A stretch of DNA of 64,000 bases from Piromyces finnis finn (Eukaryota > Fungi > Neocallimastigomycota): NCBI GenBank assembly GCA_002104945.1, contig MCFH01000003.1:310001-374000 (forward strand), given 5' to 3'. The notes under the pieces were generated by a model. That model was not told where the DNA came from. It made no database searches and was given only the letters and a program-made list of their open reading frames with translations. Shown piece by piece: positions 56,736 to 64,000 of the stretch. Made by a program: the position numbers and the translations under genes. Numbering within the stretch: the stretch's first letter is position 1; each line of letters begins with the position of its first letter.

Positions 56736-58022
56736 ATGAATTGTAATTTAATAATTCTCCTTTTTTTATGGACAAGTTTTATTTTATTAACATATTCTCA
56801 AAAAGTAGTAGAAATAGAAGAATTCAATGACAATGATGATGATGATGAAACGGTTTTTACCGGTACCATTATTAAATATTTAAATGTAACTGAAGAAATG
56901 GAAGCTGAGAAGGAAGAAAATGAAGTTACTACAAGTGCTACCGTCAAAATATTTAATGAAACATTTTATCATCAATTAAATAGTAATGAAAAGTTACTAT
57001 ACGATTTTTTGTATGAACAATGTAGTCAGGAAAGACCAAAAACTCGATTTGTTGCATTAATTGATGATTACATTGATAAAAGTAAAGTAACGATGGAGCG
57101 TGTCATGACAAGTTTTGTTTTTGATAATCCTCAATTTTGGTGGATTGAAACGTATACTATTACAATAAAAAATGCATGTCGACGTTTAGAAGATAATAAC
57201 TATAAAATTTTAACCAATGTTACGGTGGATTTTGTGTCAAAAAATAGTATTTTGAATTGGATCACGGACGAAGATATTTATAAAATGAATCAAGAAATTC
57301 AATTAGAAACTGATATTCTTCTCTATCAAATTGAATTGTTGAATATTCATACGAAATACCAGTTATTACAATACCTTCATGATTATATTATTCGAAATAC
57401 CGTTTATAATACCACTGCCCCTAGTTATGTTCATACTATCTATGGTCCCTTGGTAAAACATGTTGGAGTATGTTCAGGTTATTCTGAAGTATTTAAATAT
57501 ATTGCTTCCTTTTTCGGTATTAATGTTGTCCTGGCCAGGAGTCTTACACATGAATGGAATTATGTGAAAATAAATGATAAATGGTATGTTATTGATGTCA
57601 CCTGGGATGATCCAGGAATTCCTAAACAATTGTATGACTATATAAAAAAGGAATGGAAAAAGATTATTCATCGACCCAATAAAGGAGATTATTCTAACCT
57701 CTCCTATGACTATTTCTTAATAGGATCAAATACTCTTAATGAAGATTTAGAATCCAGTAAAGAACATACACTGATTTATTCCAATTTTAAAAATAGTAAT
57801 GTTATTGTCTATCCAACAACAGAAACGAAGGATTATGTTTATAATCCTTTATACTTTGAATATGTGGAAAGAATCCGGGAGGAAAGTACCAATATTTCAG
57901 ATATTAATTTAAATTCAACAGAAAATTCTTTACCCAATAATGATAATGCCAAAAAAGGAAATCTTTCTTATTATTTTGCTTTACTTACACTTTTATCTAT
58001 TTTTATTAACATTGTTTTCTAA
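56736..58022 (+). CDS. Secreted, probably GPI-anchored transglutaminase-like cysteine protease/transamidase with intact Cys-His-Asp triad
   Basis: Single 428-aa exon. Signal peptide; DNPQFWW; LHDYIIRN; YGPLVKHVGVCSGYS (Cys codon 57471-57473); HEWNYVKINDKWYVIDVTWDDP; YDYFLIGS; C-terminus NNAKKGNLSYYFALLTLLSIFINIVF* fits a GPI-anchor signal. Clear paralog of 54122..55834. Confidence 0.88.
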   Translation: MNCNLIILLFLWTSFILLTYSQKVVEIEEFNDNDDDDETVFTGTIIKYLNVTEEMEAEKEENEVTTSATVKIFNETFYHQLNSNEKLLYDFLYEQCSQERPKTRFVALIDDYIDKSKVTMERVMTSFVFDNPQFWWIETYTITIKNACRRLEDNNYKILTNVTVDFVSKNSILNWITDEDIYKMNQEIQLETDILLYQIELLNIHTKYQLLQYLHDYIIRNTVYNTTAPSYVHTIYGPLVKHVGVCSGYSEVFKYIASFFGINVVLARSLTHEWNYVKINDKWYVIDVTWDDPGIPKQLYDYIKKEWKKIIHRPNKGDYSNLSYDYFLIGSNTLNEDLESSKEHTLIYSNFKNSNVIVYPTTETKDYVYNPLYFEYVERIREESTNISDINLNSTENSLPNNDNAKKGNLSYYFALLTLLSIFINIVF

Positions 58023-59283
58023 TATTTAACCTTCTTTTGACATTAATAATAAACTTTCTTAAGCCATTTTATTAATATACACATGACCTATATGGTTATT
58101 TCATAAACCGCATAATGATTCACAAAGAAATAACAAACAAACAAATGAAAAAGCTTTATAAAAGATTATTGATTAATTACTTTAAAAGTTTTTTTTTTTA
58201 TAATATTATAAAAATTTGTCCATTTTTATCTATTATCATATAATTATTTACAAAATATACTATTGCAAAAAAAAAAAAGATTATGGAAAATTAAAATATT
58301 AATTATTTTATTAATTTCTTTATTTTATTTTTTAATACTAGGTATTCATTATATTTTTATTATAATATTATTCAATCTATTGATTATTGAATTCTTAATC
58401 CTTTGCAATATCTTTTTATTGTTAATAAAGTTTGCTTTTTATTCTCTTTTAATTTACTATTTTTATATATTTTAATAATTTTAAAATTGAAGGTTGAATC
58501 ATTTTTAAACTTAAAAATAAACTAAAAAGGTTACACTAAAAAATTTATATTTTTGGTTTTTTCATTATTTAAATGTTCATTCTTTTTTTTTTTTAAATAA
58601 AAATTAATGATGAATGGAATTTCAATTAATTCTCAATAAAGAATAATTATTAATATTAAAAAAAAAAGTTCATATGACTTTTATGAAGATATATGTGCGT
58701 TGTATGTTCTAAAATGTTATTTAATAATTTTTATAATGTTTTAACATTTCATAATGAATAGGATAAATATGCCATAAATTTCATTGAAAAATATTATTTA
58801 ATAATGTTATTAATATTTATAATGGATCAATATATGAATATATAATCTTATTTAATAATAAAAAGTTTATAAAATATTATTATAACGATACCGAGGAATA
58901 TAATGAATTTACATCTTTTTTTACATAGCCGCCATTATTAATACATCATTTTGAAATATATTAAAAAAAAAAGAAAAGTAATTATATATATATATATAAT
59001 AATTATAATACTTAAAAAAGTGTATATAAAGTATTTGATTTCCATTAAAAAGTAGTAAATAGTATCAATTCAATAATAAATATAATATAATAATTACAAT
59101 TATTTTGTAAAACTTGTAATTAATAATACTTAAATAAAAAAAAAGAAAAAATATTAAATTTAGCTTTTTTTTTTTTTTTTTTTTGTTATTGTTATTTTTT
59201 TATCTAATAAAGATTTTAAATATATTCAAAGTTTTTGATCTCTCTCTCTCTACATATCATTTTTTCATTTTTTACCTAAAAAA

Positions 59284-61472
59284 ATGTGTTTTCTTGACAG
59301 TAAAAAAGTAAAAATACTTCATAATTTCACTTTTTTTTTTTCTTCGTATTACACAAAATAAATAATTTTTATTTTTTTTTTTTTTGTGATAAATATTTTA
59401 TTAAACTAATTTATTTTATTTTTATATATTCTTTCTATTATATCTAGTCTGAATGTATTTATTTCACTGAAGTTTGGTCTGAACTTCAAAAAATATCTAA
59501 ATCAGATACTACCTATTCTGTTATTTCTTCCACTTTTAGTGAATTAGACGTTCAACATAATTATGTCATTCAACTTATCTCAAGTCAACGTCAACCAACT
59601 AAAAAAGAATTTCAATCACTCCTTAGAATTATTCTCTTTCCAAGTCGTCGTTTAATTCGTTTTTTAGAAGAAAATCATTCCGTTACTAGTTTAGATAGTA
59701 AAAGAAAGACACAAGTCGCCATTCCATCTGATCTTGAACAACTTATTTTGGAATTATCTAATGAAACTTTTAAAACGACCACTACTAATAATAATGTTAT
59801 TAATAACGATAAAGATACTACTTTAATTTTTGGTCATCATCATGATTTTAATATTCCTATTATTATGAATACCTTTTCTCAAGAATCCGTTGTAAATGAA
59901 GCAACAATTAATGTCGATTCTACTTATCTTTACAAAGTTAAAGGTGAAGAAGATGAAGATGTTGAAAAAGAAAGAAAAATTAATAAAAACACCTATGATT
60001 TTTCTTCCCTTTCTTTCGAAGACAGAATTATTTTAAATGGAATTTGTGTAATGTTACAACATTTTTATCAAATATTTAAAATATTTTTCCCAAAATTTGA
60101 TTTTGATTATCGTTACACCAAATTCACCACCCTTCGCAACAAAAAATCAAAAAGGAATGAAATCAAAAATAAAAATAAAAAATTAGATTCTTCAAATTTA
60201 TTAAGTGAACTTGCTGCTTTCTCCACATCTGATCTTTCTATTTCACCACCAGTGATTCCTTCTGCTATATCCAATCAAATTTTTAATAGCAATAATAATA
60301 ATAATCATAATAATCTATCCATGATCAATCCTTTGATCCCTACCGCCACCACAAAATACGATGCTTATGATCCATTCAACTATTCGGATCTTTCAACAAA
60401 TTTAAAAATAGAACAAAACCACAATCCCATAAATCAAATTTATTTTACAGATTCCAACCCTTCCTACACCACTACACCATCCTCTTTACCGAACCACAGT
60501 ATATATTCTGTTTCTAGTGATGAGATGGTGCCTTCTTTCATTCCAAATTACCCAACTCTTCCATCTATAAACTCTACTAATAATTATAATACTATTTATT
60601 CCTATGGAACAACAATGCCTGTTCCATCTTATCATCACGACTTTACATCAACTATGCCATCCATTATATTGAAATCCAATGATGATAAAGCATTTAATGA
60701 TATTATCCTACCCTCTACTCAAACACAATCTCATTTATCTACTCAAGCTCAAACTGATTTTGATACACTTAGTTGTCATGCTTTTAATCCATCAATAGAA
60801 GAAATATATGTTGAAGATAATAAAAGAAAACTTTCTTTAGATTACACTCCTGGCATTGATACTACTAAAATATTTGAAGAAAGAAAATCATCTTTATTAG
60901 TAACACCAACTATTGGTAAGTGTTAATAGGATTAATAAATTTATTTATCTTTATATAGAAAGACATAAAATATATAAATTTATAAATTTTTAAAAACATA
61001 AAAAATTATTCATTTTTCTTTTTTTTTTTTTTTTTTGTTTTATTTAAACTCTAATAATAGGAGATAAAAAATTATTTATTGCTGTAGATGATATTTTCAA
61101 TTATATGGATTATTTAGAAAAATTAGCTATAAAATTAAATTGTTTCAGAGTTCGTCATATCTTACCAAAAGGAGCTTCTAAATTTTTAATGAAATGGATT
61201 AAAGAACATCGTCATCATCCTTATCCTACAAACACCGAAAAAGAAATGATGTGTAAGGAAACTGGACTTTCTAAAAAACAAGTAATTATCTTATTATATA
61301 TTTATATATATATAAATATATTACTATTATTATAATATTTGAATAAAAAAAATATATATATATATATATATAGGTATACTCAATTTTTTATATTTTTTAT
61401 TATTATTATTATTATAATTGGATATAGTTAAATTGTTGGTTTATTAATGCCAGAAGACGTTATATCAATTAA
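59284..61472 (+). CDS. TALE-class homeodomain transcription factor with the homeodomain at the extreme C-terminus; 4 exons (about 59284..59307, 59448..60915, 61061..61281, 61428..61472)
   Basis: Spliced homeodomain RHILPKGASKFLMKWIKEHRHHPYPTNTEKEMMCKETGLSKKQ|LNCWFINARRRYIN* has the PYP three-residue loop and WFIN helix 3 (Ile50). Exon 2 is open from the tctag|TCT acceptor at 59448. The first exon (MCFLDSKK|gtaaaa) is tentative. Confidence 0.88.
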
Positions 61473-62086
61473 CATAAAATGAATTTCATTTAATAATACA
61501 TAAATGTATTATTATTACTGAATCTTTTATATATAAAGAATTAAAACTATTAAAATACATAGCAATTTAATTATGATTAAATTTATCTCTGTATTTTTTT
61601 TTATTTTAACAAAAAAAAATAGCTTTATCCTTTATTGAATACATGTATATAATATAATAATAGGATATAAAACCCATAAATTCTAATTTTTATCTATTTT
61701 TTTTTCTTTTATTAATAAATTACATTACAATAAAAATCAACAGTTGAATAATAAAAATGTTGAATAATAAGAATAAAAGTATATAATTATAAATATATAT
61801 ATCAAATAGTATTATAAAGTTTGTTTCTTCTTTTTTTTTCTTCTCATTCATTATTTTCTTTTTCCCTTTTAGAAAAAAAAAAAACTTTTATGATTTATTA
61901 TTTATTCTGTCCCTCTTCATCCCATCCTAAAAGAAAATCTGTTAATTATTTTTACCTTTAATAGTATAACTGTGATTGTGATATTTCTTACTATTATTAA
62001 AAAATAAATAAAGGGAGTTTGAACGAAATAATTAATTACAAAAGGAATAATTTATCAAAGTAATAGAATTAATTATTACTATTACT

Positions 62087-62800
62087 GTGATTATTACCAT
62101 CTACCACTTACTACCTATCACCATTACCACTACTACGATGATTATTACTATCTACCACTTACTACCTATCACCATTACCACTACTACGATGATTATTACT
62201 ATCTACCACTTACTACCTATCACCATTACCACTACTACGATGATTATTACTATCTACCACTTACTACCTATCACCATTACCACTACTACGATGATTATTA
62301 CTATCTACCACTTACTACCTATCACCATTACCACTACTACGATGATTATTACTATCTACCACTTACTACCTATCACCATTACCACTACTACGATGATTAT
62401 TACTATCTACCACTTACTACCTATCACCATTACCACTACTACAATGATTATTACTATCTACCACTTACTACCTATCACCATTACCACTACTACGATGATT
62501 ATTACTATCTACCACTTACTACCTATCACCATTACCACTACTACGATGATTATTACTATCTACCACTTACTACCTATCACCATTACCACTACTACGATGA
62601 TTATTACTATCTACCACTTACTACCTATCACCATTACCACTACTACGATGATTATTACTATCTACCACTTACTACCTATCACCATTACCACTACTACGAT
62701 GATTATTACTATCTACCACTTACTACCTATCACCATTACCACTACTACGATGATTATTACTATCTACCACTTACTACCTATCACCATTACCACTACTACC
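62087..62800. repeat. 51-bp minisatellite, 14 nearly identical copies plus a degenerate 15th
   Basis: Unit ATGATTATTACTATCTACCACTTACTACCTATCACCATTACCACTACTACG. The first copy differs slightly, and one internal copy has ACG>ACA (~62443). Confidence 0.95.
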
Positions 62801-64000
62801 ACTATGATGACAATTACCTACTACCTACTTCCTCCTACAACTTTTTTCTTTTATTCCTAAAAATGAATTCCATTTTGTTCTTTAGCCTTAACCCTTTCAA
62901 ATTTTCCATTTTTCATTTTTCTTTTCTGTCACCATCTTCATCTCAATAAAAAGTTTAAATTTCATTTATTTTCATTATAATCTACAATATATTAATAGTA
63001 TATTAAATATAATATTTAATATATTATAAATATGAATATATTAAAATTATTATCAATTTCTATTTTTTATCAAGGAATAGTTGTTAATATAATAAATACA
63101 TATTATGATTATAATGAAATATATTAAAAATCAATTATAATAAATTCTATTGAATATTATTGGTGGGAATAAATCATGAAAATTTTAAAAGTCAGTTTTT
63201 TTTTTATTGATCAAAAAATGAAACAAGAGCAGAAAAAGTATAAGAAAAAAAGAGTGGAAAAAGAGGTTATTCTAAGTTATAATAAAAAAACAATATGAGT
63301 AGGGATGATGAAGAGAAAGAAAAGAAAAAAAAGAATTATTAATAAAAGGTAAAATAATTAATATAAATAGTTGATTCAAAATTCATAGGATTTATTGAAA
63401 AAAGAGAAAAAAAATAAAAATTCAAAAATCAGTACAAATAAAAAAATTAAAATTTGTAGCACTTTTTTTTACTACTTTTTTATGTTTTTATGGTGATTTA
63501 GTTGAATTGAATTCAGCTAAACTTCTGCCTAAAAAAACCTTTTTTTTTTTACTCTTTTCATTTTAAAATTTTTTCATTTTTGAAATGTCACAAAAAATTT
63601 CTCCAATTTCAATTACATCAACGTATTACATTTAATTACATTAATGTAATAAATGTTTTTAATTAAAAACCAACTTTATATTCTAAAAAAGGAATGATGA
63701 AAAAAAACTTTTTTTAACGATAACTTTGTGAATGAATAATGAAGGATGATAATAATGGTTTTTATACTATAAAATATTTATAATTGTTATCATTATTATT
63801 ATGATTATAATTACCACCATCATAATAATAATTATTACCTCTACCATTATAGTTTAATTTTTATATAAAAGTTTAACTTTTAAAAATATATTAAATTCTT
63901 GTTTATATTAAATAAATACAGAACAAACTTTTTTATTTTTTTTATGGTGTTAATAAATATAAATGTATATATAATGCCAACATAAAATAAAGTAATTTTT

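Noticed and set aside
62087-62800. CRISPR-like or telomeric interpretation of the tandem array
   Set aside because: Units are head-to-tail with no unique spacers, the context is eukaryotic, and the array is internal with ordinary DNA on both sides.

Overview
This is an extremely AT-rich, intron-containing eukaryotic window with long poly-A/T tracts and short GT-AG introns. Flagellar genes sit beside fungal-type genes and intronless bacterial-like genes, which points to a zoosporic fungus, most likely an anaerobic gut fungus (Neocallimastigomycota); this is inferred, not proven. I reconstructed 11 protein-coding genes by hand: a branched-chain aminotransferase; three adjacent microtubule/flagellum genes (CCP1-type tubulin deglutamylase, alpha-tubulin acetyltransferase, cytoplasmic dynein-2 heavy chain); a PEP4-type aspartic protease; two tandem tetraspanin-like paralogs; a 167-aa orphan; two tandem secreted transglutaminase-like proteins; and a TALE homeodomain protein. 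There is also a 51-bp minisatellite and several microsatellites. Best leads: (1) tetraspanins whose large extracellular loop carries 136-200 aa Q/N-rich, prion-like inserts with Kex2-type cleavage sites; (2) a transglutaminase-like pair in which one copy lacks the catalytic Cys; (3) a fungal TALE protein with an apparent MEINOX/MEIS-like N-terminal domain; (4) the tubulin-modification/IFT gene cluster. Exon boundaries and all homology statements come from manual reading and remembered family motifs; no database search was run.
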